A stretch of DNA of 64,000 nucleotides from Pyrinomonadaceae bacterium (GTDB lineage Bacteria > Acidobacteriota > Blastocatellia > Pyrinomonadales > Pyrinomonadaceae): assembly GCA_037969475.1 (NCBI GenBank), contig JBBKXN010000050.1, positions 35,409 to 99,408 of the forward strand, given 5' to 3'. The translations under genes and the position numbers were made by a program. Below the pieces are notes generated by a model. It worked only from the letters and a program-made list of their open reading frames with translations. It was not told the origin of the DNA and made no database searches. This document shows, in pieces, positions 1 to 9,057 of this stretch (position 1 is the first letter of the stretch; each line of letters opens with the position of its first letter).

Positions 1-2
1 GT

Positions 3-1349
3 AAGAAAGATAAAAAGCGGAAAGAACAAAACACAAAGGATCGGGAGCTTCTCGATAGCGATAACTGGCTTCTCCGTCACGGACATAATCTTACTTATCT
101 CGGCCTATATTTTTTCTCATTTCTGGTTTTGTACCGCCCATATGAAATAATCCCCGGGCTCGGTTTTCTATCTGCAACGGCTTATTACGTTGGCGCCGTC
201 ACGCTGCTAATTTATGTTCCGACCCAATTCCTAACCGAAGGCAACGTGACGATGCTTTCGACAGAGGTTAAGTGCGTATTGGCGATGACAGTGATTGCTT
301 TCCTTAGTATTGGACTCGCAAAAGATCACGGAGTCGCTTGGGAAGTATTTAACGACATTTACATAAAAGCAGTTTTGATATTTATCGTAATGGTAAATGT
401 CATCCGTACTAGAAAACGACTTGTTGCACTGATCTGTCTGTCTCTGGCGATAGGTATACACCTGAGCTATGTTGCAATAAGTATGTATCTTCGTGGCGAA
501 GTGAATGATGACGACCAGCGATTGATAGTCGGGATCGGTGGACTGTTTGCAAATCCAAATGATTTAGCCCTTCATCTTGTTACGATGACGCCGATCGTCG
601 TTTGCCTCGGTATTGCCGCAAAGAACCATATTTTGAGGGCTCTCTGTTTCTCGATCGCGATTATGCTCGGGTTTGCCATAATCGTCACGTCGTCGCGAGG
701 TGGATTCTTAGGATTGATCGCTGTTTTTGCTGTTCTTTCCTGGAAACTCGGAAGAAGGCACAGACTAAACGTAACAGTTGCGTCATTATTTGTCGGAATA
801 CTGGTTATTCTTATAGCCCCAGGAAACTACGGTCTTCGGATCCTATCAATCTTTATTCCCAGCTTAGATCCAACGGGTTCAAGAGGACAAAGAAGTGATT
901 TGCTGGAGCAATCGATACTCGTTACGTTAAGGAATCCATGGGGCATTGGTATTGGCAATTTCCCTATAGTAGGTATCAGGAATTTGCAGACGCACAATGC
1001 ATTTACACAGGTTTCCTCTGAGCTCGGCATACTTGGGCTTCTCGCCTATTTAGGGTTTATAATAAGTCCATTTAGAAAATTAAGAGCGATCGAGCGGATC
1101 AAATTCGAGAAGGCCGAAACAGGATGGTTTTATTATATGGCGATCGGGTTTCAGGCGAGCATTATAGGTTATATGGTTTCGAGCTTTTTTCTCGCCGTGG
1201 CTTATAGCTGGTTTATATACTATCTGATAGCTTATGCTGTAGCGTTTCGCCGCATTTACGCATCGGAGAATAAAATTGACGGAGATATTAAGGCGGAAAC
1301 AATTTTGGAGAAGATAAATAATCTTCGGGCTAGCCTGCAGAATGCATAA
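3..1349 (+). CDS. Wzy_C-family polytopic membrane protein (O-antigen polymerase/ligase-like), probably 5'-truncated by the window edge
   Basis: The track ORF starts at TTG 129, but the same frame is stop-free back to nt 3. That upstream stretch encodes a further hydrophobic helix (LTYLGLYFFSFLVL) with no ATG/GTG/TTG in between. By eye it has many hydrophobic helices plus one large hydrophilic loop, as in the Wzy_C family. It is the first gene of a glycosyltransferase-rich locus. Confidence 0.7.
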   Translation, partial: KKDKKRKEQNTKDRELLDSDNWLLRHGHNLTYLGLYFFSFLVLYRPYEIIPGLGFLSATAYYVGAVTLLIYVPTQFLTEGNVTMLSTEVKCVLAMTVIAFLSIGLAKDHGVAWEVFNDIYIKAVLIFIVMVNVIRTRKRLVALICLSLAIGIHLSYVAISMYLRGEVNDDDQRLIVGIGGLFANPNDLALHLVTMTPIVVCLGIAAKNHILRALCFSIAIMLGFAIIVTSSRGGFLGLIAVFAVLSWKLGRRHRLNVTVASLFVGILVILIAPGNYGLRILSIFIPSLDPTGSRGQRSDLLEQSILVTLRNPWGIGIGNFPIVGIRNLQTHNAFTQVSSELGILGLLAYLGFIISPFRKLRAIERIKFEKAETGWFYYMAIGFQASIIGYMVSSFFLAVAYSWFIYYLIAYAVAFRRIYASENKIDGDIKAETILEKINNLRASLQNA

Positions 1350-2523
1350 TTCGATCGCACAATTTATTTTCTGGCTGAGTTTCAGCTTCTTAGTTTACAC
1401 ATACTTGGGCTATCCGATTATTATTTTTTTGATCAGTCGTTTTCTCGCCCGCAATGTAAAAAAATCCGGAATCGAACCGATGGTTACCGTGCTGATCACA
1501 GCGTATAACGAAGAAAAATCGATCAAAGAAAAGCTTGAAAATACACTCGCGATTGAATATCCAAAGGATAAGCTTGAAATTCTTGTTGCTTCGGATGGAT
1601 CAACAGATCGAACCGATGAGATCGTTCGAGAATTTGTTGACCGGGGCGTTAAACTATTCCATCAGGCAGGAAGAAAAGGAAAAACCTATACACAAAATAA
1701 AGCGGTCGAAATCGCGTCCGGAGAAATCGTGCTATTTTCCGATGCTACGACATACTACCGGGCCGACGTGCTGCGAGAGCTTTTGCCAAATTTTGCCGAT
1801 GAAACTATCGGATGCGTTGCCGGTAAGCTGATTTATGTAGATGAAACCAATTCTGATTTGAGCAAAGGCGTACAGGGATATTGGAATTATGAGACTTTTA
1901 TCAAAGAACACGAAAGTAAGATATGTTCATTGATCGGAGCTTCAGGTTGTCTATACGCCGTGAGAAAATCTGCTTATCAGGAAATGTATCCAGAAGCTTG
2001 TTCTGACTTTCTGATATGCACGATAATTTATCAACAGGGCCTAAGAAGCGTTTTCGAGCCAGGAGCAATATGCAGTGAAGAAACAAACAAGGAAAGCCGA
2101 AAGGAAATGAAAATGAGAGTTCGGGTGATTTCTCAAACTCTTAACGATCTCTGGCGAAACCGCGATATGATGAACCCACTTTCTAATGGCTTTTTTGCGT
2201 TCGAACTTATTTCTCATAAATTACTTCGATATTTGGTTCCGATATTTTTAATTTTAATTTTGGTTGCTTCATTCATTCTTGCCCGCATCTCCGGCGCTTT
2301 CTTACTGCTCTTTTTAATTCAGGCGGGATTTTATGCGATCGCGATTTTCGCGCTTTTGTTGGAGAGAAAAGGCTTCAAAGCCGGCTTTTTGTCAATACCG
2401 TTATACTTCGTGATAGCCAATTTGGCGTCTGTACTTGGTTTCTATAAATTCTTGAAAGGCGAACGATACACAAATTGGGAACCGATTCGGGATTCAGATC
2501 CAAAACACGGAAACGCTACTTAA
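1342..2523 (+). CDS. Family 2 glycosyltransferase with C-terminal TM helices
   Basis: N-terminal TM helix followed by VTVLITAYNEE...LVASDGSTDRT (GT2 nucleotide-binding fold). Has an FSDAT (DXD-like) motif and hydrophobic C-terminal helices. Overlaps the upstream gene by 8 nt. Confidence 0.85.
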   Translation: MHNSIAQFIFWLSFSFLVYTYLGYPIIIFLISRFLARNVKKSGIEPMVTVLITAYNEEKSIKEKLENTLAIEYPKDKLEILVASDGSTDRTDEIVREFVDRGVKLFHQAGRKGKTYTQNKAVEIASGEIVLFSDATTYYRADVLRELLPNFADETIGCVAGKLIYVDETNSDLSKGVQGYWNYETFIKEHESKICSLIGASGCLYAVRKSAYQEMYPEACSDFLICTIIYQQGLRSVFEPGAICSEETNKESRKEMKMRVRVISQTLNDLWRNRDMMNPLSNGFFAFELISHKLLRYLVPIFLILILVASFILARISGAFLLLFLIQAGFYAIAIFALLLERKGFKAGFLSIPLYFVIANLASVLGFYKFLKGERYTNWEPIRDSDPKHGNAT

Positions 2524-2562
2524 TGAATATCTCATGAGTTCGCACTTTAAGATGACTCATCT

Positions 2563-3597
2563 ATGCCGCTTACGACCAACAAAAAACCAGAAAAGATCAA
2601 AAGCATTTCGCGAGGCGCCGATGTTGTAAACGGTTCTCCGAAAGTTTCGATCGTTATTCCAAACCATAATTCCTCGAATCTCATTTCTGAGACCCTGGAT
2701 TCGGTTTTTGCTCAAACTTTTACAGATTTCGAAGTAATTCTCGTCGATGATGGGTCAACCGATATTGCCCAACTCCAAACCGCGCTAAAACCCTACGCCG
2801 ACAAATTGGTTTTCATTGTCCAAGAGAATTCCGGGACGGCGTCGGCACGAAATGCAGCAATCGGAATCGCACGCGGCGAATGGATAGCATTCCTGGACAG
2901 CGACGATATTTGGTTCGCAAACTACTTAACCGAACAACTTGCGGCGGCTGAGGAGAAGAATTGCGATCTTATTTATTGCGATGCGATTCAATTTGGTTCA
3001 ATAGAAAAAGAAACAAATTATTCGCGAAAGGCACCATCCTCCGGTATGGTCACCTCGCAAAGCTTGATCAGCGCAACTTGTAACGTAATAACATCCGGAA
3101 CCATTGCTCGTCGTTTGAGAATTATTGAATGCGGTTGCTTTGATGAGGATCTTCCGAGAATTGGATTCGAAGATTTTGACCTTTGGTTTCGAATGACAAA
3201 GGCCGGGATCAAGCTCGACTATCATACAAAAGTTTTATTGAAATATCGGGTTCGAAGCGAGTCGCTCTCTGGCGATCGTGTAAAAATTGCGGAGCGAAAT
3301 ATTATTGCCCGAGAGATCCTGGGTAATAAATATGAGTTGGATGACGCGGAGAGAAAGGCACTTGAACGACATGTTTCCGTATCAAAAGCAGAATTGAATG
3401 TTGAACATGCAAAAAAATTTATCGCGGCAGATGATTTCACGGCCGCAATCTCATGCTTGAAAGAGGCCAACAAGGTATATAAAAAGGTAAAACTATCGAC
3501 CGTAATACTTCTTCTAAGGATGAATCCTATTGCTGCCAAGAAACTGTTTGGATTGATTCAGGTAGAAAAAAACGGTACGAAACAAACCCCGCGCTAG
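2563..3597 (+). CDS. Family 2 glycosyltransferase (soluble type)
   Basis: VSIVIPNHNSS...ILVDDGSTD and the FLDSDD DXD motif are classical GT2 signatures. Confidence 0.85.
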   Translation: MPLTTNKKPEKIKSISRGADVVNGSPKVSIVIPNHNSSNLISETLDSVFAQTFTDFEVILVDDGSTDIAQLQTALKPYADKLVFIVQENSGTASARNAAIGIARGEWIAFLDSDDIWFANYLTEQLAAAEEKNCDLIYCDAIQFGSIEKETNYSRKAPSSGMVTSQSLISATCNVITSGTIARRLRIIECGCFDEDLPRIGFEDFDLWFRMTKAGIKLDYHTKVLLKYRVRSESLSGDRVKIAERNIIAREILGNKYELDDAERKALERHVSVSKAELNVEHAKKFIAADDFTAAISCLKEANKVYKKVKLSTVILLLRMNPIAAKKLFGLIQVEKNGTKQTPR

Positions 3598-3626
3598 GCT
3601 AATCCTGATTACAGAAGTTGTAAGAA

Positions 3627-5252
3627 ATGTCGAACGAACACCAAAATGCTCCATCCCTACGGAATCAAAGCGCCTGGCTTATGTTTGCAAAAACGATCGG
3701 CTTTTTCTTTTCGTTTGCGCTGCCTTTTTTTGTCGTGCGGTTATTGCCACAGGATGAATTTGGGATCTATCGACAATCATTCATCGTTTTGACCAATATC
3801 GTAAGTATTTTTCCACTCGGCTTTGCGATGAGCGCATATTATTTTCTTTCGCGCGAAAAGGAAATTCGAACTTCCGCGATTTTCAATATTCTACTTTTTA
3901 ATTTTTTTGCCGGTGGAATTGCCTTTCTTACACTTTGGTTGTATCCGGATCTACTGGTTTTGATTTTCAAAAGCGAAGAAATGAAAAGGCTTGCCCCATT
4001 GATCGGCCTTGCTTCGTGGATTTGGATCTTTTCGGTCTTTCTCGAAACCGTCTCCGTCGCTCTCAAAGAGACTCGAGCGGCAACGATTTTTATCATTCTT
4101 GCGCAAATGAGCAAGGCAGTGCTTTTTATTGCAGCGGTCGTTTATTTCGAAACGGTTGAATCGATCATTTGGGCGGCAATTGTCCAGGGAATCGTTCAAA
4201 CGATTATTTTGCTGCTTTATTTGAATTCCAGGTTTCCGCGATTCTGGCTATCATTTGATCTCAAGTTTTTCATCGAACATTTCCAGTATGCGATTCCTTT
4301 TGGATTAGCGGCAATTTTGTGGACATTCCAAACGGACGTCCACAATTATTTTGTTGGGCATCGGTTTAGTGATGCGGAATTCGCGATCTATGCTGTCGGG
4401 TGTTTTCAGCTTCCGTTAGTTTCGCTGTTTTCAGAATCGATCGGATCTGTTTTGATTCCGCGGATGAGTGAACTTCAAGTAGCCGGCGACAAGAAAGAAA
4501 TGATCCGTTTAACAGCGCGATCAATGCAGAAACTGGCATTTTTCTTCTTTCCGCTTACGGTTTTCTTGATGATAACTGCGGAAACGTTTATAACGACGCT
4601 ATATACAAAAAACTATCTCGCAAGTGTCCCAATTTTTGTGCTAAATCTCTGTCTACTGCCATTTTTCACGATTCTGAGCGATCCGATCATAAGAGCTTAT
4701 AAAGAGCTGGGACGCACCCTTCTCAAATTTCGCATATTTGTTTTTATTGGAATTTTAGCGCTCTTGTATTATGGAATTCATCATTTCAGTCTGATTGGAA
4801 TGATGGGTATCGTCGTTTTTGGCGGAATAGTGGAAATCCTCCTCGGAGCTGCCCTTCTGATTTACAAACTCGAGGTCAATTGGGGCGATCTTAATAAACT
4901 CTCGGGATACGGCAAAACGGCCCTTATCAGTATCGTGTCAGGCTTAGTGACGGCGGTTTTCTACTATTATGTAAAAATTCCGGCCGCTGGATTTGTTGTA
5001 AAAATGATCGTTTCATCATTTGGCGAAGCGAGCCGTGTACCGCAAGGATTCATTTCCGGAGTTTTTGTGCTCGGAATTTCCTTCGCTGTATTTCTACCTA
5101 TATACCTATTTTTGTCCAATTTATGGGACGTCATCGATGATGATGAAAGGCATGCCGTAAGGCAAGGTTTGTTAAGACTAAGAAATATGTTTAGCGGGAA
5201 CGCTTCGCTTTTGCGTAAATCGCTCGGTTCAAAGATTTCTAACGACGCTTGA
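3627..5252 (+). CDS. wzx: Polysaccharide flippase, MOP/Wzx family
   Basis: 541 aa and hydrophobic almost throughout (more than 10 helices by eye). Located between GT genes. Typical size and organisation for a Wzx-type oligosaccharide-unit flippase. Confidence 0.7.
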   Translation: MSNEHQNAPSLRNQSAWLMFAKTIGFFFSFALPFFVVRLLPQDEFGIYRQSFIVLTNIVSIFPLGFAMSAYYFLSREKEIRTSAIFNILLFNFFAGGIAFLTLWLYPDLLVLIFKSEEMKRLAPLIGLASWIWIFSVFLETVSVALKETRAATIFIILAQMSKAVLFIAAVVYFETVESIIWAAIVQGIVQTIILLLYLNSRFPRFWLSFDLKFFIEHFQYAIPFGLAAILWTFQTDVHNYFVGHRFSDAEFAIYAVGCFQLPLVSLFSESIGSVLIPRMSELQVAGDKKEMIRLTARSMQKLAFFFFPLTVFLMITAETFITTLYTKNYLASVPIFVLNLCLLPFFTILSDPIIRAYKELGRTLLKFRIFVFIGILALLYYGIHHFSLIGMMGIVVFGGIVEILLGAALLIYKLEVNWGDLNKLSGYGKTALISIVSGLVTAVFYYYVKIPAAGFVVKMIVSSFGEASRVPQGFISGVFVLGISFAVFLPIYLFLSNLWDVIDDDERHAVRQGLLRLRNMFSGNASLLRKSLGSKISNDA

Positions 5253-5257
5253 AGTTT

Positions 5258-7141
5258 ATGTGTGGAATAGCGGGATTTATTACAAAAGATCACGAAGTTC
5301 GTAAAGACGAGCGGCAAATCATCCTGGATAAAATGTGTAAGGTGATTACCCATCGCGGCCCTGACGAACAAGGAACAGCCATCGAAGGACGCGCTGCGCT
5401 TGGAATGCGTCGCCTATCCATAATTGATTTAAAAGGTGGACAACAGCCTATTTACAATGAATCGGGTTCGAAGTTTATTGTCTTTAATGGGGAAATTTAC
5501 AATTTCCGTGAATTGAAAACTGAACTTGAATCTCTCGGTTACACTTTCAAAACCAATTCTGACACGGAAACAATAATCCATGCGTATGAGGAATTCGGCA
5601 CGGAATGTCTCGAAAAACTTCGTGGAATGTTTGCATTTGCGATCTGGGACAAGGAAAACGAAAGCCTTTTTATGGCGCGGGACCGGGTTGGGAAAAAACC
5701 GCTTTTTTTCTCGCTGATTGAGAATGGTAATTTCGTTTTCGGTTCCGAGCTAAAATGCCTGCAGGCCCACGGTGAAATCACAAACGAAATTGATTACTCC
5801 GCACTCGATGCTTTTTTGACGTTTGGCTATGTTCCAGAAGATTTCTGTATCTTCCGGGGCGTTCAAAAGTTAAAGCCGGGTCATTTTTTAACATTCAAAG
5901 ACGGGCGGGTGACCACAAACCAGTATTGGGACTTCAAATATGACATTATCGCGGAACCTAAAGACGAGGCAGATTACATCAATGAACTTCGAAAGAAAAT
6001 TCGCGAAGCAGTAGAGGTACGTCTGATTTCGGAAGTACCTTTAGGCGCATTTTTATCGGGAGGTGTCGATTCGTCAGCGGTTGTTGGAATGATGTCGCAA
6101 ATTTTGGACAAACCCGTGAAGACATTTTCGATCGGTTTTAATGAGGATACTTATAACGAATTAAAATATGCGAGGATAGCGGCGAAACATTTCAAGACAG
6201 AGCATCACGAGTTTATCGTTACGCCAGACTTGGTTTCCGAAATTGACGAACTCGTTTGGCATTTCGACGAGCCCTTCGCAGATTCCTCGGCGTTACCAAC
6301 CTATATGGTTTCGAAAATGGCAAGGGAATTTGTCACCGTAGTTTTATCAGGAGATGGGGGTGACGAGCTTTTTGCAGGTTATTCTCGTTATGTCATCGAC
6401 AAGAAACGGAGCGGGCTCGAAAGGCTTCCTAAAACTATCAGAAGTGGGTTGCTCCAGCCGCTGAGCGAGGCGCTTCCGGAAAAGGCAAAAGGCAAAAACT
6501 TTTTATACAACACATCTCTTGATGCGATCGGGCGTTACATAGACAGCATTTCTCAGTTCGGGAAACTCAAGAAAAGAGCGTTTTATACGGATAAGTTTCG
6601 CTCAAACCTCGAAGGTTGCAAATCTGCCGAAAGGATTTATCAATCGATTGCGCGCAGCGTTTCTACCGGTAATCCAATCGATAATCTATTGTATTTGGAC
6701 AGCAAGACCTACCTTCCGGGCGATATTCTGACAAAAGTTGACCGGATGAGTATGGCGGCATCCTTGGAGGCACGTGTGCCGCTTCTTGATCAGGATCTGA
6801 TAGATTTTGTAACACAGAGGATTCCTACGAGCTTTAAGTTGAAAGGTTTAGAAACAAAACATATTTTCAAGTTGGCACTAAAGGGAATGGTGCCGGATGA
6901 AATCCTGCATAGGGAAAAACAAGGCTTTGGTGTCCCAATAAAAGATTGGATAAATTCGGAGTTGAGGGATGAAATACGAGATACATTGCTAGATTCTAGA
7001 ACAATCGGTCGTGGCTATTTCGATTTCAAATACATAAGGTCGCTACTCGAGGAGCATCATAACAATCGACGTGACCATTCGAGTCAGTTGTGGGTATTGT
7101 TTATGCTTGAGCGCTGGCACCGTGAATTTGTGGATAAATAA
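5258..7141 (+). CDS. asnB: Asparagine synthetase B-family glutamine amidotransferase, paralog 1
   Basis: The Ntn amidotransferase needs Cys right after the initiator Met. ATG 5258 gives MCGIAG, whereas track start 5249 adds MKF. Has the PP-loop LSGGVDSSAVV and the GDGGDELFAGY motif. Confidence 0.9.
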   Translation: MCGIAGFITKDHEVRKDERQIILDKMCKVITHRGPDEQGTAIEGRAALGMRRLSIIDLKGGQQPIYNESGSKFIVFNGEIYNFRELKTELESLGYTFKTNSDTETIIHAYEEFGTECLEKLRGMFAFAIWDKENESLFMARDRVGKKPLFFSLIENGNFVFGSELKCLQAHGEITNEIDYSALDAFLTFGYVPEDFCIFRGVQKLKPGHFLTFKDGRVTTNQYWDFKYDIIAEPKDEADYINELRKKIREAVEVRLISEVPLGAFLSGGVDSSAVVGMMSQILDKPVKTFSIGFNEDTYNELKYARIAAKHFKTEHHEFIVTPDLVSEIDELVWHFDEPFADSSALPTYMVSKMAREFVTVVLSGDGGDELFAGYSRYVIDKKRSGLERLPKTIRSGLLQPLSEALPEKAKGKNFLYNTSLDAIGRYIDSISQFGKLKKRAFYTDKFRSNLEGCKSAERIYQSIARSVSTGNPIDNLLYLDSKTYLPGDILTKVDRMSMAASLEARVPLLDQDLIDFVTQRIPTSFKLKGLETKHIFKLALKGMVPDEILHREKQGFGVPIKDWINSELRDEIRDTLLDSRTIGRGYFDFKYIRSLLEEHHNNRRDHSSQLWVLFMLERWHREFVDK

Positions 7142-7166
7142 TATAATTCGGGGTTTTTACGATTAA

Positions 7167-7859
7167 ATGGAACCACTTAGTGATTATCAGGAATACGCGG
7201 AATTAGCTATCGAAAGTTTTGCAAAAAAAAACACCGAACTTCGATATCTTCTGGTTGATTCAGTAAAACACCTAAAAATAGAAAGCGTTTTAGATGTTGG
7301 CTGCGGTGCAGGTCAGGAGCTCCTTCCGTTCGTTGAAACGACAAAGGCGATTGGCGTGGGTATTGATATTGGAGAAGAACTAGGAAAAATTGCGACGGAC
7401 CTTGCTAAAATTTACGAACAGGAAAAAAGGATGCATTTCTGCCGCTCGGAAGGAGAGCATCTTCCTTTTGCGGATCAGTGTTTTGACCTGGTTTTGTGCC
7501 AAGTCGCACTACCATACATGAATAACAAGAAAACTCTGGCAGAGATATCGCGAGTCTTGCGGCCAAAAGGCGTCTTTCTATTAAAAACACACGCGCCGCT
7601 CTTTTATCTAAATATGATAGGCGACCGAGCGCGAACACTTAGCCCAAGGCAGGTCGCGTACCCTATAATTTGCCTTGCCGCCGGTGTCTGGCATCATTTT
7701 ACTGGAAAGCAGCTTCGAAATGGGTTTTGGGCTGGAAAAGGTATCTTCCAAACAAAGAATTTTTTAGTACGAGAATTTGATAAACATGGTATGAAAATTG
7801 AGGGAACTCTATCCGACAATAATATTCAAACGCCTTCTTTCTTCGTAGTAAAAAACTAG
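7167..7859 (+). CDS. Class I SAM-dependent methyltransferase
   Basis: Motif I VLDVGCGAGQE and a post-I acidic residue (GIDIGEE). Has FDLVLCQVALPYM (motif II/III) and LRPKGVFLL. Confidence 0.8.
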   Translation: MEPLSDYQEYAELAIESFAKKNTELRYLLVDSVKHLKIESVLDVGCGAGQELLPFVETTKAIGVGIDIGEELGKIATDLAKIYEQEKRMHFCRSEGEHLPFADQCFDLVLCQVALPYMNNKKTLAEISRVLRPKGVFLLKTHAPLFYLNMIGDRARTLSPRQVAYPIICLAAGVWHHFTGKQLRNGFWAGKGIFQTKNFLVREFDKHGMKIEGTLSDNNIQTPSFFVVKN

Positions 7860-7863
7860 ACAT

Positions 7864-9057
7864 ATGAGCGATCAACCGACAATTTTGAAAAAGCTGGAGT
7901 GGAATTTTCCTTGGCTTGTACGTTATCCGTTCGAAAGATCTTCGAGCTGGCTTGGAAAGACGGCGTTCGGTGAAAAACATATAATCTTTACGATCGCGAA
8001 TCATTTTGAACCTTCGTGGAGTCCTCAGGGCCTACTCGATTTGGATTCTCAAAGACGAAACTTAGACAAATATCACTTGTTGGCAAGAAAAACGGGTGAA
8101 ACCACACGTGATTCGGATGGAACAAAATTTCGCCATACAAATTTCTTCCCTGCTGAACAATATGACCGAAAAATTCTCAAACGGATGGCTGAAATGCAAG
8201 CGGAGGGTTTAGGCGAGGTCGAAATCCATCTTCATCATGGGCTCAAATCTCCGGATACTGCTGAAAATCTCAGGTATGAATTGGAAACGTTTAGAAATGT
8301 CTTAGCGGAGGAACACAAGTGTCTATCGCGATTTGAAGGTGAGAAACTGCCAAGATATGCGTTTGTTCATGGTAATCTCGCCCTAGCAAATTCGTGTGGG
8401 GGTAGATATTGCGGCGTCGATGAAGAAATGCAAATACTTGCAGACACAGGATGTTACGTGGATATGACGCTTCCCTCTGCACCCGATCAATCGCAGGTCC
8501 CAATGCTGAATTCTATTTATGAATGTGCGTATCCTTTGGATCAAGCGGTGCCGCATAGAAGCGGAAACTCGGTTGAAGTAAATGGGATATTTCCCCAATT
8601 GCCACTTATATTTACGGGACCGCTTATTCTAAACTGGACGCGGAAATTAAAAGGTATTCCGATACCGAGAATCGATGATGGAGCTCTAGTTAGTAATCAG
8701 GAAATGACTGAGGCGCGATTTCGGCGCTGGCGAAATGCGAACATTACGGTAAATGGACGGTCTGAATGGGTTTTTATAAAGCTTTATTGTCATGGATTTT
8801 TCACACATGATCAAAGCGCATGTATCGGTGAGGATGCACAAAGATTTTTTGGTGATATCGTTGAAAAGGGCGAAAAGACTGGCGAATACAAAGTGCACTT
8901 CGCTTCGGCAAGAGAAGTGGCTAACATGGTTTTTGCGGCGATCGATGGAAAAACGGGGAATCCGCATCAATACCGGGATGATTACTTGAAATCGATAATG
9001 AATCCTGAAAAAATTAAAGACGTGAGAAAAAAACTAAAGAAAAAGGCGTTAGTTTAA
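7864..9057 (+). CDS. Hypothetical protein with His-rich motifs, polysaccharide-locus associated
   Basis: 397-aa ORF with no family I can name with confidence. Candidate metal-binding motifs are TIANHFEPSW, VEIHLHHG and FVHGNLALAN. Its stop overlaps the next gene's start (TAATG at 9055-9059). Confidence 0.6.
   Translation: MSDQPTILKKLEWNFPWLVRYPFERSSSWLGKTAFGEKHIIFTIANHFEPSWSPQGLLDLDSQRRNLDKYHLLARKTGETTRDSDGTKFRHTNFFPAEQYDRKILKRMAEMQAEGLGEVEIHLHHGLKSPDTAENLRYELETFRNVLAEEHKCLSRFEGEKLPRYAFVHGNLALANSCGGRYCGVDEEMQILADTGCYVDMTLPSAPDQSQVPMLNSIYECAYPLDQAVPHRSGNSVEVNGIFPQLPLIFTGPLILNWTRKLKGIPIPRIDDGALVSNQEMTEARFRRWRNANITVNGRSEWVFIKLYCHGFFTHDQSACIGEDAQRFFGDIVEKGEKTGEYKVHFASAREVANMVFAAIDGKTGNPHQYRDDYLKSIMNPEKIKDVRKKLKKKALV

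Noticed and set aside
5249-5257. Track start MKFMCGIAG for asnB paralog 1
   Set aside because: Ntn amidotransferases require Cys as the first residue after Met removal. ATG 5258 gives MCGIAG, as in the other two paralogs.
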